Part shown: positions 23,288 to 33,058 of the stretch, one piece after another | How the letters are laid out: each line of letters begins with the position of its first letter | Numbering within the stretch: the stretch's first letter is position 1 | Assembly (NCBI RefSeq): GCF_041660805.1 | Contig: NZ_JBAZVP010000020.1 | Span: 3,681 to 67,680 of the forward strand | Reading direction: 5' to 3' | Length of the DNA stretch: 64,000 bases | DNA from: Mucilaginibacter sp. | GTDB lineage: Bacteria; Bacteroidota; Bacteroidia; Sphingobacteriales; Sphingobacteriaceae | Notes under the pieces: generated by a model | What the model saw: the letters and a program-made list of their open reading frames with translations, nothing else | Database searches by the model: none | What the model was told of the DNA's origin: nothing | Translations under genes and position numbers: made by a program

Positions 23288-23575
23288 ATGATATTAATAG
23301 ATTTCTTAAATCGCCTTAAACAGGAATACGGTACTTTAGATTACCTGAACCAGGAGACTTATTATGGCCGCCTGTCCAGCTTGTTTGTATTGCTGGAATT
23401 GGATGGTGCACGCCTGGATGCCGAATATGAACTGGGCCTTTCCAAACTACTGGATAGGATGGGCGATATCAACGAGGAGGAACTGGAAATTGACCTTTCG
23501 CCAGATGAACTGAAACCGCTTATCCATAAAATAAAGTTGGGCCTGGCGCTTATCATCAATACAATAGAAGAATAA
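23288..23575 (+). CDS. small acidic hypothetical protein
   Basis: About 95 aa from the ATG at 23288. The ORF-track start at 23258 lies inside the guaB terminator hairpin. Confidence 0.4.
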   Translation: MILIDFLNRLKQEYGTLDYLNQETYYGRLSSLFVLLELDGARLDAEYELGLSKLLDRMGDINEEELEIDLSPDELKPLIHKIKLGLALIINTIEE

Positions 23576-23607
23576 TTCATTTTATATTTAGCGCTTAATA
23601 ATTTTGT

Positions 23608-24192
23608 ATGAAATCTATCTGTGTATTCTGCGGAGCTAATTTTAACGGCGATCCGGTACTTAAGCAAGCTGTTGAGCAACTGGCACAGGTAATGGTTGCT
23701 AAAGACATCAGCCTGATATATGGCGGCGGCAAGGTAGGGGTAATGGGCCTGCTGGCAGATGCGTTTTTGAGCAAAGGCGGCAAAGCTATCGGTATTATCC
23801 CACAGTTTTTAATAGATAAGGAAGTTGGCCATACGGGGTTAACCCAGCTGCATATCGTTGAAAATATGCACCAGCGTAAGCAAATGATGAATGACCTATG
23901 CGACGGGATCATTATGCTGCCCGGCGGTTTTGGTACACTCGAAGAATTTTTTGAAGTGCTAACCTGGTTGCAATTGGGCTTGCATAGCCATCCGGTGGGC
24001 GTGTTAAACGTAAACGGTTTTTACGATCATTTGCTATTGCAGATGGATGTAATGGTTGAGCAGCGTTTTTTAAAACAAACCAACCGCGATTTGGTGCTTA
24101 CATCTGCCGATGCCATTGAACTGGTAAACCTGATGGAAAACATCGACATTAAACCCGATGAAGTTTGGTTCAGGGATAGGAATTTGACGTAG
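23608..24192 (+). CDS. LOG family protein (TIGR00730-type nucleotide 5'-monophosphate phosphoribohydrolase)
   Basis: 194 aa. The YGGGKVGVMG and PGGFGTLEE motifs are diagnostic of the LOG/lysine-decarboxylase-like family. Confidence 0.85.
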   Translation: MKSICVFCGANFNGDPVLKQAVEQLAQVMVAKDISLIYGGGKVGVMGLLADAFLSKGGKAIGIIPQFLIDKEVGHTGLTQLHIVENMHQRKQMMNDLCDGIIMLPGGFGTLEEFFEVLTWLQLGLHSHPVGVLNVNGFYDHLLLQMDVMVEQRFLKQTNRDLVLTSADAIELVNLMENIDIKPDEVWFRDRNLT

Positions 24193-24294
24193 CTTTCGTT
24201 TTGTGGAAACCTTTATTTGTAATTGTTGCGGTATATGTCAATATCCGCCCAACAGCACAAGGATAATTAAAGTTTTTTAACACCGAATGGTTAA

Positions 24295-24314
24295 TTATTA
24301 TGCATGCATAATAA
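24295..24314. promoter_or_regulatory. 20-bp perfect palindrome TTATTATGCATGCATAATAA (candidate operator)
   Basis: The sequence equals its own reverse complement. It lies 66 nt upstream of the carboxyltransferase ATG at 24380. Confidence 0.4.
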
Positions 24315-24379
24315 ATCGGCTAATCTTAGGTTATTTCTGTTTAATTTTCCTAAAATTACACAACCTATTATAAATACGT

Positions 24380-26008
24380 ATGGATCTGGAATTCAATAAA
24401 AATGAGGATGTTAACAAACAACTTGTTTACGAATTTAATACCAAGCTTAAAAAAATATACTTAGGTGGCGGTGAAAAAGCTGCTGCCAAACAAAAGGAAA
24501 AAGGCAAAATGCTTGCCCGCGAGCGCATTGCCTACCTGTTGGATGAAGATAAACCCTGGCTGGAAGTTGGTGCTTTTACTGCCGATGGCATGTATGCCGA
24601 GCATGGCGGCTGCCCAAGTGGCGGCGTAGTTTGCGGAATTGGTTATGTGAGCGGCAGGCAATGTGTGGTAGTGGCTAATGATGCCACCGTTAAAGCTGGT
24701 GCATGGTTCCCTATAACAGCCAAGAAAAACCTGCGCGCTCAGGAAATTGCAATGGAAAACCGCCTGCCCATCATATATTTAGTGGATTCTGCAGGGGTGT
24801 ACCTGCCTTTGCAAGACGAGATCTTCCCCGATAAAGAACATTTTGGCCGCATCTTTCGCAATAACGCCATAATGAGCAGCATGGGTATCATCCAGATAGC
24901 TGCAATTATGGGTTCGTGCGTTGCCGGCGGCGCTTATTTGCCTATTATGAGTGATGAGGCCATGATTGTGGAAGGCACTGGTTCTGTTTTTTTAGCAGGA
25001 TCATACCTGGTTAAATCGGCCATAGGCGAGGATGTAGATAATGAAACATTGGGCGGCGCAACCACGCAATGTGAAATATCAGGCGTTACCGATTACAAGC
25101 ATCCAAACGATAAAGCCTGCCTTGATTCTATCCGCAATATCATGAACAAGGTTGGTGATTATAATAAAGCCGGGTTTGACAGGATCAAATCATCAGCCCC
25201 AAAACTAAAAGAAAAAGATATTTACGGCATATTGCCGGATGCACGGGATAAGGCCTATGATATGTATGAGATCATAAAGCGTTTACTTGATGATTCGGAA
25301 TTTGAAGAGTACAAAGCCGGTTACGGGCAATCTATCATCTGTGCGTTAGGCCGTGTTGATGGTTGGGCAGTAGGTATTGTTGCTAACCAGCGCAAGGTTA
25401 TCAAATCCAAAAAAGGAGAAATGCAGTTTGGCGGGGTCATCTATTCCGATTCGGCAGATAAAGCCACCCGCTTTATCATGAACTGTAATCAAAAGAAAAT
25501 ACCGTTGGTTTTTTTGCAGGATGTTACCGGATTTATGGTTGGCAGCCGGTCAGAGCATGGCGGCATTATAAAAGATGGCGCCAAAATGGTGAATGCTGTA
25601 GCTAATTCGGTAGTGCCAAAATTTACCATCATTATAGGTAATTCCTACGGAGCGGGTAACTATGCCATGTGTGGTAAAGCGTATGATCCAAGACTAATTT
25701 ATGCCTGGCCATCGGCAAAAATTGCGGTGATGGGCGGCGCGCAGGCAGCTAAAGTACTTGTACAAATGCAGGCCGCCGGGTTAAAAGCCAATGGCGAAGA
25801 AGTAGACGATGTAAAAGAAGCCGAACTGCTTAAACAAACTACCGACCGGTATAATGCCCAAACCACACCATACTATGCAGCGGCAAGGCTTTGGGTTGAT
25901 GGTATAATAGACCCGCTGGAAACGCGTAATGTGATATCAATGGGGATAGAAGCCGCTAACCATGCACCGATAGACAAGGCATTTAATGTGGGGATTATAC
26001 AAACGTAG
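24380..26008 (+). CDS. acyl-CoA carboxylase carboxyltransferase (beta) subunit, methylcrotonyl/propionyl-CoA type
   Basis: 542 aa with two crotonase-like CT halves. The motifs RERIAYLLD, DSAG, GSCVAGGAY and ITRKAYGGA-like (NSYGAGNYAM) are present. Confidence 0.9.
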   Translation: MDLEFNKNEDVNKQLVYEFNTKLKKIYLGGGEKAAAKQKEKGKMLARERIAYLLDEDKPWLEVGAFTADGMYAEHGGCPSGGVVCGIGYVSGRQCVVVANDATVKAGAWFPITAKKNLRAQEIAMENRLPIIYLVDSAGVYLPLQDEIFPDKEHFGRIFRNNAIMSSMGIIQIAAIMGSCVAGGAYLPIMSDEAMIVEGTGSVFLAGSYLVKSAIGEDVDNETLGGATTQCEISGVTDYKHPNDKACLDSIRNIMNKVGDYNKAGFDRIKSSAPKLKEKDIYGILPDARDKAYDMYEIIKRLLDDSEFEEYKAGYGQSIICALGRVDGWAVGIVANQRKVIKSKKGEMQFGGVIYSDSADKATRFIMNCNQKKIPLVFLQDVTGFMVGSRSEHGGIIKDGAKMVNAVANSVVPKFTIIIGNSYGAGNYAMCGKAYDPRLIYAWPSAKIAVMGGAQAAKVLVQMQAAGLKANGEEVDDVKEAELLKQTTDRYNAQTTPYYAAARLWVDGIIDPLETRNVISMGIEAANHAPIDKAFNVGIIQT

Positions 26009-26009
26009 G

Positions 26010-27164
26010 TCAACCCATTACGCTTAGCATAAAGCCAATAGCATACGGCGAGTGTAATGCCTCCGTAGCTTGCATGGTTTGTTCTGCTGTTTCAGAGGCC
26101 CTTGTACGCATTTGTCTTTCGTAAATGGCAATTGCCGATTTGGTACCTGTAAACTCATCATTCAACAAGCATTTACTTAACTCTAATGCATCCAGCATAG
26201 CCATATTTACACCTTCGCCGGCGTATGGCGGCATCAAATGCGCGGCGTCGCCCAGTAGGGTTAAGTTAGGTAAAGCTTCCCAGTTTTGGTCAAGCGGCAT
26301 GCAATATTGCGGCCGCGGTATAAAAGCGGTATTTGCATTCTCAAATAATTCTTGCCAAATTTCGTCCCAGTCGGCAAATTCCTGTTTAAACCAGGCAAGT
26401 ACCTGTGCTTTGTTTTTAAAGTCTATTCCACTTTCCTGCACCCAATTTTCCTGAGTTTTGCAACTTGTATAAAACACCAGGCTACCATCGCCCTTAGAGC
26501 TTACTATAAAACATTTATTATTGCCAAAAGCAAATATTTTACCTCCATTTAATAGCTTGTGTATTTTTGGACTGCCTGTTTCAGAATTATATATGGCACC
26601 TTCAATTGCAGTTACTCCGGCATAAAAGGGTTTGATGGATGTAACATATGGGCGAATTTTTGAATTTGCACCGTCAGCACCTATTACAATATCGGCAGTG
26701 GCCGAAAGCCCGTTTTTAAAGTTTAATTGCCAGCCATCAGCGGATGCTTCCATATTTAAGAATTGGCTATCCCATACAACTGTCTCTGTGTTTAAAGACT
26801 CCAGCAAGATGTTTTGCAAAGGTCCCCGATCAATTTCGGGTCGCGAACGGTCATTTTGAGCATTAGCATGATCATCAAATACGATCACCGCATTTTCATC
26901 GGTAATGCGCATTTGATCGGCACCCGGCCTGTAGTTTGCCATAAAAGCACTCATCAAACCGGCTTCTTTTAACGCTAATAATCCTGATTCTTCATGAAGG
27001 TCGAGCGTTGCGCCTTTAGCACGGGCATCTTTATGTGCATCGCGCTCATAAACTTTTACAGCTGCTCCATTCATTTGTAAAAGCCTGGCAAGGGTTAAGC
27101 CACCCGGTCCGCCGCCTATTATCGCTATATTTTTATTTTCGATGATATTCATACTTGTATGCAT
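26010..27164 (-). CDS. FAD-dependent aromatic monooxygenase, Tet(X)/tetracycline-destructase-like
   Basis: 384 aa. GxGxxG [14 protein letters not shown] and [22 protein letters not shown], near-colinear with my recollection of Tet(X) ([22 protein letters not shown]). An alternative ATG lies at 27152. Confidence 0.75.
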   Translation of the reverse strand: [384 protein letters not shown]

Positions 27165-27269
27165 TTAATAAGGGAGACGATTATGCTTCAATAATATTTG
27201 AAATAAAAAGCAAATGGCAATTTTTACACTCGTTTAATTTTTTTTGCGTGAAATTTTATATCTTCCAAA

Positions 27270-28445
27270 ATGAAATATCTTTTGCTTCCTGCATTGTTCC
27301 TGCTTACTTTATCTGTTTCCGCGCAAAACGTTCAGAAAATTCATCAAAAAGCTATTTTGGTTGATACCCATAACGATGCGATATCTAACCAATTGATAAC
27401 AAAAACTGATTTGGGGAAACTTCAAACCACTGGTAATTTTGATTTAATACGTGCAGAACAGGCCGGGTTAGATGCGCAGGTTTTTTCTATTTGGTGCAGT
27501 GGTCAATATGGAAACGGTACGGCCTATGCCTTTGCCAATCGCGAAATTGATTCATTATATGCATTGATAAACCGTAACCCGGATAAAATTGCGTTGGTAC
27601 GAACCGCATCTCAGCTGAAAAAAACAGTCAAACATAAAAAGTTAGCCGCCATGATAGGGGTGGAAGGCGGCCACATGATAGAGAGCAGGCTTGATTATAT
27701 TGATAGCCTGGCCAAACGCGGCATGACTTATCTTACCCTAACCTGGAATAATAGTACCCCATGGGCAACATCTGCCAAAGACGAAGAACTGCACGGAGAT
27801 ACTTTAAAGCATAAAGGTTTAACAGAATTTGGCAAACAGGTAATTAAGCGTCTAAATGACCTGGGAGTGATGATAGATCTGTCGCACCCCGGCGAAAAAA
27901 CCTTTTATGATGTAATGGCCACTACTACCAAGCCGGTAATTGCGTCGCATAGTTGTGCTTATGCCCTGGCTCCGCACCGGCGTAATTTAAAAGACGATCA
28001 GCTTAAAGCTATTGCTGAAAACGGGGGAGTGGTATTTGTGAACTTTTACAGCGGCTTTGTAGATACTGCTTATACAGAAAAGCACGAAGCTTATCTGGCT
28101 AAGCATAAACCAGAACTGGATTCGCTTATCAAAATTTATAACGATTATGATTTGGCAAGTATCCGTCTGAATGTCATTCATAAAACCGAAGCCGACCAGT
28201 TTCGGCCCCCATTGAGCATGCTGATCAAACATATCGATTACATGGTAAAACTAATGGGTGTTGACCATGTAGGCATAGGTTCTGATTTTGACGGTGCCGA
28301 GTCCTATCCGCTTGGGTTGGATAGTGTAACCGACTACTATAAGATCACTGATGAATTGTTGAAATTGCACTATAAAAAAAAGGATATCAATAAAATATTG
28401 GGTGGGAATTTTATTAGGGTATTAAAGGCAAATGTGGGTAAGTAA
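27270..28445 (+). CDS. membrane dipeptidase (peptidase family M19)
   Basis: 391 aa with a signal peptide. The motifs VDTHND, DLSH and GIGSDFDG are typical of renal-dipeptidase-like enzymes. Confidence 0.85.
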   Translation: MKYLLLPALFLLTLSVSAQNVQKIHQKAILVDTHNDAISNQLITKTDLGKLQTTGNFDLIRAEQAGLDAQVFSIWCSGQYGNGTAYAFANREIDSLYALINRNPDKIALVRTASQLKKTVKHKKLAAMIGVEGGHMIESRLDYIDSLAKRGMTYLTLTWNNSTPWATSAKDEELHGDTLKHKGLTEFGKQVIKRLNDLGVMIDLSHPGEKTFYDVMATTTKPVIASHSCAYALAPHRRNLKDDQLKAIAENGGVVFVNFYSGFVDTAYTEKHEAYLAKHKPELDSLIKIYNDYDLASIRLNVIHKTEADQFRPPLSMLIKHIDYMVKLMGVDHVGIGSDFDGAESYPLGLDSVTDYYKITDELLKLHYKKKDINKILGGNFIRVLKANVGK

Positions 28446-28525
28446 GCAACGTTGATAAGTTTTACTGATAGCTGACCAACGTCTTTCTTCTTTTTATTAA
28501 ATTCGCACCATAATTTAAGAATTAA

Positions 28526-29482
28526 ATGTCACAAGATATTGAACATGTTAAATGCCTTATCATAGGTTCTGGTCCGGCGGGTTATACAGCTGCAATTTAT
28601 GCATCAAGAGCTGATCTTCACCCTGTTATGTATACAGGCATGCTTGCCGGCGGGCAGCTTACCCAAACTACTGATGTTGAAAATTTCCCCGGTTACCCTG
28701 ATGGTGTCATGGGGCCCGAAATGATGGAAGATTTTCGTAAACAGGCAGAACGTTTAGGTACCGATATCCGTTTTGGCTATGTAAGTTCAGTTGATTTTTC
28801 ATCATTGCCGCATAAAGTAGTAGTTGACGAAAGCAAAACCATACTGGCAGATACAGTTATTATATCAACAGGTGCATCAGCCAAATGGCTTGGTTTAGAG
28901 TCTGAGCAAAAATACAGTGGTTTTGGTGTTTCGGCATGTGCTGTGTGTGATGGTTTCTTTTTTAAAGGACAGGATGTAGCTATAGTAGGTGCCGGTGATA
29001 CCGCTGCAGAAGAAGCAACTTACCTGGCCAAATTAGCCCGTAAGGTATATATGATCGTTCGCCGTGATGAGTTCCGTGCATCAAAAGCAATGGTTCACCG
29101 GGTATTGAATACGGCCAACATCGAGATATTATATAATACCGAAACCCTTGAAATAATGGGCGACGGGCAAAGCGTAAATGGAGTAAAGGTTTTAAATAAC
29201 CAAACCCAGGAAGAAAGAAACCTGGATGTTACCGGTTTCTTTGTTGCTATTGGTCATAAACCCAATACTGATATTTTTGAAGGCTGGTTGCATATGGACG
29301 CAACAGGCTATATTGTTACCAGGCCGGGTTCAACAGAAACTAATGTTGAAGGTGTTTTTTGCTGTGGCGATGCTCAGGATCATATTTACCGCCAGGCGGT
29401 TACAGCAGCAGGTACAGGTTGTATGGCGGCTATTGATGCCGAGCGTTATCTGGCAGCTAAAGAACATATAGTTACTGCTTAA
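28526..29482 (+). CDS. trxB: thioredoxin-disulfide reductase
   Basis: 318 aa. GSGPAGYTAA, the redox-active CAVCDG motif and NADPH motif GAGDTAAEEA. Confidence 0.95.
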   Translation: MSQDIEHVKCLIIGSGPAGYTAAIYASRADLHPVMYTGMLAGGQLTQTTDVENFPGYPDGVMGPEMMEDFRKQAERLGTDIRFGYVSSVDFSSLPHKVVVDESKTILADTVIISTGASAKWLGLESEQKYSGFGVSACAVCDGFFFKGQDVAIVGAGDTAAEEATYLAKLARKVYMIVRRDEFRASKAMVHRVLNTANIEILYNTETLEIMGDGQSVNGVKVLNNQTQEERNLDVTGFFVAIGHKPNTDIFEGWLHMDATGYIVTRPGSTETNVEGVFCCGDAQDHIYRQAVTAAGTGCMAAIDAERYLAAKEHIVTA

Positions 29483-29520
29483 GAAAAAAAGCAGCAGTTA
29501 AGATACAAACCAAGATATTA

Positions 29521-29551
29521 AGCCGTTTCCTTAAAAGGAAGCGGCTTTTTT
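29521..29551 (+). terminator. rho-independent terminator of trxB
   Basis: A 10-bp stem AGCCGTTTCC/GGAAGCGGCT (one G-U pair) followed by TTTTTT. Confidence 0.8.
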
Positions 29552-29645
29552 GCTGTTTGAATTGTATTTTTTGCGATATAGTAATGCATTTTTTTTAAAA
29601 TATGCTAAATTCACCACCTCATTATAACCTGGTTAACTTTCTGCT

Positions 29646-31961
29646 ATGAATAAAAAGATCTTTGTTGTGCTTTTTACTGTACTAACCCTTGCTTCAGTTA
29701 TTGTAAATGCACAAGATGCAAATCCTAACCTGGGTATTATTCCTGCGCCGGTATCTGTAAAAAAATCGGCCGGTCAGTTCATATTAAGCCAGCAAACTAT
29801 AGTACAGGCTGATACGCCCAATAATAAAGCGGTTTTATTTTTCTCATCATTCCTGGCAAATAATATGGCTTATAACAGGCAGGTGGGTTTAAGAAATGCA
29901 ACCGCGGAATCAAACGTTATTTATTTAACATCAGCAGGTACAGAAAACTTACCTGCCGAAGGTTACCGTTTAACCATTACACCACAGCAAATAACCGTTG
30001 CCGGTAAAGGAGCAGGTTTGTTTTATGGTATACAGACCCTTATCCAGCTAATGCCTGCAGAAAGAGCCGCGACTGCCAGGTTCCCTTGTGCTGTAATTGA
30101 AGATTATCCGCGTTTTGGTTACCGTGGATTGATGCTTGATGTTTGCCGTCACTTCTTTTCTGTAGAGTTTGTTAAAAAGTATATTGATCTGATGGCTGCG
30201 TACAAACTGAATACATTTCACTGGCATTTAACAGACGACCAGGGCTGGCGTATCGAAATAAAAAAATATCCTAAATTAACTCAAATAGCCAGTCAGCGTG
30301 CGCAAACTGTAATAGGTAATTACCGTGATCGTAACCCGCAGCAATTTGATAATACCCCTTACGGTGGCTATTACACACAAGACCAGATCCGTGATGTGGT
30401 TAAATATGCGGCAGACCGTTATATTACTGTGGTGCCAGAAATTGAAATGCCGGGCCACTCACAAGCTGCACTGGCCGCTTATCCCGAATTAAGTTGCGAC
30501 CCCGGCCTTACCTATAAAACAGCCGAAACATGGGGCGTTTTTAATAATATCTATTGCCCTTCAGAAAAAACATTCAGCTTTTTGCAGGATGTATTGACAG
30601 AGGTGATAGACCTTTTTCCAAGTAAATACATCCACATTGGTGGCGACGAAGCACCCAAGACGGTTTGGAAAGATTCCAAATTTTGTCAGGATCTCATTAA
30701 AAATTTAAAACTAAAAGATGAGCACGGTTTGCAAAGTTATTTTATCCACAGGATGGAAAAGTTTGTGAACTCAAAAGGGCGCAGTATTATTGGCTGGGAT
30801 GAGATTTTAGAAGGCGGGCTTGCACCCAATGCCACTGTAATGAGCTGGAGAGGCGAAGAAGGTGGTATTGCCGCAGCAAAACAGAACCATGATGTAATAA
30901 TGACACCCGGCAATGCTGGGTTATACATAGACCATAGCCAGGGCAAACTAAACCAGGAACCATTGAGCATTGGTGGTAACGAGCCGGTTTCAAAGATTTA
31001 TAGCTATAACCCAACCCCGGCCGCTTTAGATGCCGAACAGCAAAAACATATTTTAGGTGTGCAAGCCAACTTGTGGACGGAGTACGTAACTACAGATAAC
31101 AAAGTGCAATACATGCTGCTGCCACGCATGCTCGGCTTATCTGAAGTTGCATGGACACCGTTAGCTAACAAAAACTTTAAAGACTTTTCTGAAACCCGCC
31201 TGCCTGCTCATTTTGCATGGCTGGATAAAAACGATTTTAACTACCGTGTTCCGCAGGCTATTGGTGCTGTGGACACTACTATGATAGGTTCACAATTAAA
31301 AGTGAATTTAAAGTCGCCGGTTTTGGGCGCAAAAATTTATTATACTATTGATGGTTACACACCGCGCGAAACCGACAATGAATACACCATACCTATGACG
31401 TATATGGTACCTATTGACCAGTACCGCGAGTTGCAGACCATTGTTATTACCCCCTCAGGTAAACGCAGTGCTGTAACAAAAACAGTTATGTATAATAAGG
31501 CGCCAATGGCTCCGGTAATTTATACCGGTACAGCAACCGGGTTAAAATATCAGGTATCTGCAGGTACTTATGTGAACACCACACAGATCAACCCTGCCGC
31601 AGTAATTGATACAGGTATAGCAAAAAGCTTTAGCACTGCAACATCGGCCTTTAAAAAAGCGTTTGGTAAATATGGCGTTGTATTTAATGGTTATATAAAG
31701 ATTGATACTGATGGTAATTATGGTTTTTCAACCCAGTCAACCAATGGTTCGGTATTATTAATTGATGATGTACCGGTTGTTGATAATGACGGTAAGCATG
31801 GCGCTTATGAACAGGGTGGTGCTGTACCATTGTTAAAAGGTTATCACCGCATTACTATAAAATATGTAGATGCAGCGCTTACAAACAGTACTTTACGTTT
31901 ATATATGACTATACCGGGTAAGCCAAAAGGCGAACTATCGCCGGATATGATGTTTAACTGA
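29646..31961 (+). CDS. GH20 beta-N-acetylhexosaminidase with C-terminal PA14-like domain
   Basis: 771 aa with a signal peptide. GH20 motifs HWHLTDDQGWR and the HIGGDE catalytic pair. The C-terminal GYIKIDTDGNYGF...LLIDD resembles PA14. Confidence 0.9.
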   Translation: MNKKIFVVLFTVLTLASVIVNAQDANPNLGIIPAPVSVKKSAGQFILSQQTIVQADTPNNKAVLFFSSFLANNMAYNRQVGLRNATAESNVIYLTSAGTENLPAEGYRLTITPQQITVAGKGAGLFYGIQTLIQLMPAERAATARFPCAVIEDYPRFGYRGLMLDVCRHFFSVEFVKKYIDLMAAYKLNTFHWHLTDDQGWRIEIKKYPKLTQIASQRAQTVIGNYRDRNPQQFDNTPYGGYYTQDQIRDVVKYAADRYITVVPEIEMPGHSQAALAAYPELSCDPGLTYKTAETWGVFNNIYCPSEKTFSFLQDVLTEVIDLFPSKYIHIGGDEAPKTVWKDSKFCQDLIKNLKLKDEHGLQSYFIHRMEKFVNSKGRSIIGWDEILEGGLAPNATVMSWRGEEGGIAAAKQNHDVIMTPGNAGLYIDHSQGKLNQEPLSIGGNEPVSKIYSYNPTPAALDAEQQKHILGVQANLWTEYVTTDNKVQYMLLPRMLGLSEVAWTPLANKNFKDFSETRLPAHFAWLDKNDFNYRVPQAIGAVDTTMIGSQLKVNLKSPVLGAKIYYTIDGYTPRETDNEYTIPMTYMVPIDQYRELQTIVITPSGKRSAVTKTVMYNKAPMAPVIYTGTATGLKYQVSAGTYVNTTQINPAAVIDTGIAKSFSTATSAFKKAFGKYGVVFNGYIKIDTDGNYGFSTQSTNGSVLLIDDVPVVDNDGKHGAYEQGGAVPLLKGYHRITIKYVDAALTNSTLRLYMTIPGKPKGELSPDMMFN

Positions 31962-31976
31962 TCAATTATAATTTAA

Positions 31977-32681
31977 ATGGATTTAAGACATTGTTTATTG
32001 GTATCGGCGGTTTGCATTGTTTTGGCAAGCTGCAGCAACGATGATAAAAAACCGGCTGCAAATACTGCCGCTGCTGCTAAAGCTGCCGTTATGCCGCCTT
32101 TTCGTTTTCATAAAGCAATAGAAGTATCTCCGGGGCAAACTTATGATGTAGTAAGCTGGGGCAGGGGATCAACCGCTGTAGGGTCATTCGCCATATTACA
32201 CTCTGATTCTGCCGGGATGAAGTATACCACTACCACCGGCGACCTGGACGGCACCATCACCGACGCGTACAACGCCGATATGGATACGGACGGTAATCCC
32301 GAGATACTGATCCAGTCGAAGGGAAAAGACACGGTAAACTATGCAAAAGTGTATGCTTTTGAGTTTAATAATAGTGGAGTTAATAAGCTTGATTTCCCCA
32401 GGCTAACCAACTCGCAAAAGAAGGGTTATCGGGGCGATGATAACTTTTATATAAAGGAGGGAAAGCTTATCCGGGAGTTTCCTATATATGATAGTAACGA
32501 TAAGACTGCCAAACCAACAGGTGCAAAACGCCAGTTAGAGTATAGTTTGCGTAGTAATGATTTTACTGTTAAGCAGTTAAGTAAAGATTCAACCACTGTA
32601 AGCAGCGGTAAATCCGGTGTGAACGAGGAACCTAAAAAGACAGAAAAACAAAAAAAGAAAAAGCGTAATCGCAGAGGGTAG
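31977..32681 (+). CDS. lipoprotein with FG-GAP/VCBS-like motif and lysine-rich tail
   Basis: 234 aa. Lipobox VLASCS, DMDTDGNPEILI, and C-terminal KKTEKQKKKKRNRRG. Confidence 0.5.
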   Translation: MDLRHCLLVSAVCIVLASCSNDDKKPAANTAAAAKAAVMPPFRFHKAIEVSPGQTYDVVSWGRGSTAVGSFAILHSDSAGMKYTTTTGDLDGTITDAYNADMDTDGNPEILIQSKGKDTVNYAKVYAFEFNNSGVNKLDFPRLTNSQKKGYRGDDNFYIKEGKLIREFPIYDSNDKTAKPTGAKRQLEYSLRSNDFTVKQLSKDSTTVSSGKSGVNEEPKKTEKQKKKKRNRRG

Positions 32682-32686
32682 ATCAT

Positions 32687-32745
32687 TCTGTTCCGCTGTT
32701 CCGTTCCGTTAAAAGCGGAACAAAACGGAACAACAGCGGAACAGA
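32687..32745. repeat. compound inverted repeat built from TGTTCC/GGAACA units
   Basis: The outer 14-bp perfect arms are TCTGTTCCGCTGTT (32687-32700) and AACAGCGGAACAGA (32732-32745). The 31-nt interior holds further GTTCCG/CGGAAC pairs. There is no U-tract. Confidence 0.8.
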
Positions 32746-33015
32746 GCACCAAATTCTTCTAAAAATCTCTAATTATCTCTAATTACCATTGCTATATTTC
32801 TTCTGCATTGCTTATGGCGCATGTTTCCACATCATTATTAAAATAAAACCAGCCCTGGCCGGTTTTTTTGATTTTAGATATCCTGGTACATTAAGTTGAG
32901 GTAAAAAATAATTTTCATGCAAATACGCAAAGTGTCTTTCGCGTCTTTGCGTGATGCAGCTTGCCTGGTTAACAATTGATCTGTATTGTTAAAACCCACC
33001 CTGAAAATCTCCACA

Positions 33016-33023
33016 TAAATTTG
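33016..33023 (+). promoter_or_regulatory. candidate -7 promoter box TAAATTTG
   Basis: Matches TAnnTTTG, 36 nt upstream of the ATG at 33059. Confidence 0.35.
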
Positions 33024-33058
33024 CAAATTTGCAGTATATCCAATCGGCATAAATATTA

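Noticed and set aside
32641-32681. The A-rich stretch encoding the KKTEKQKKKKRNRRG tail as a frameshift-prone site.
   Set aside because: The longest uninterrupted run is A7 and the frame stays open to a normal stop. This is more simply a basic C-terminal tail.
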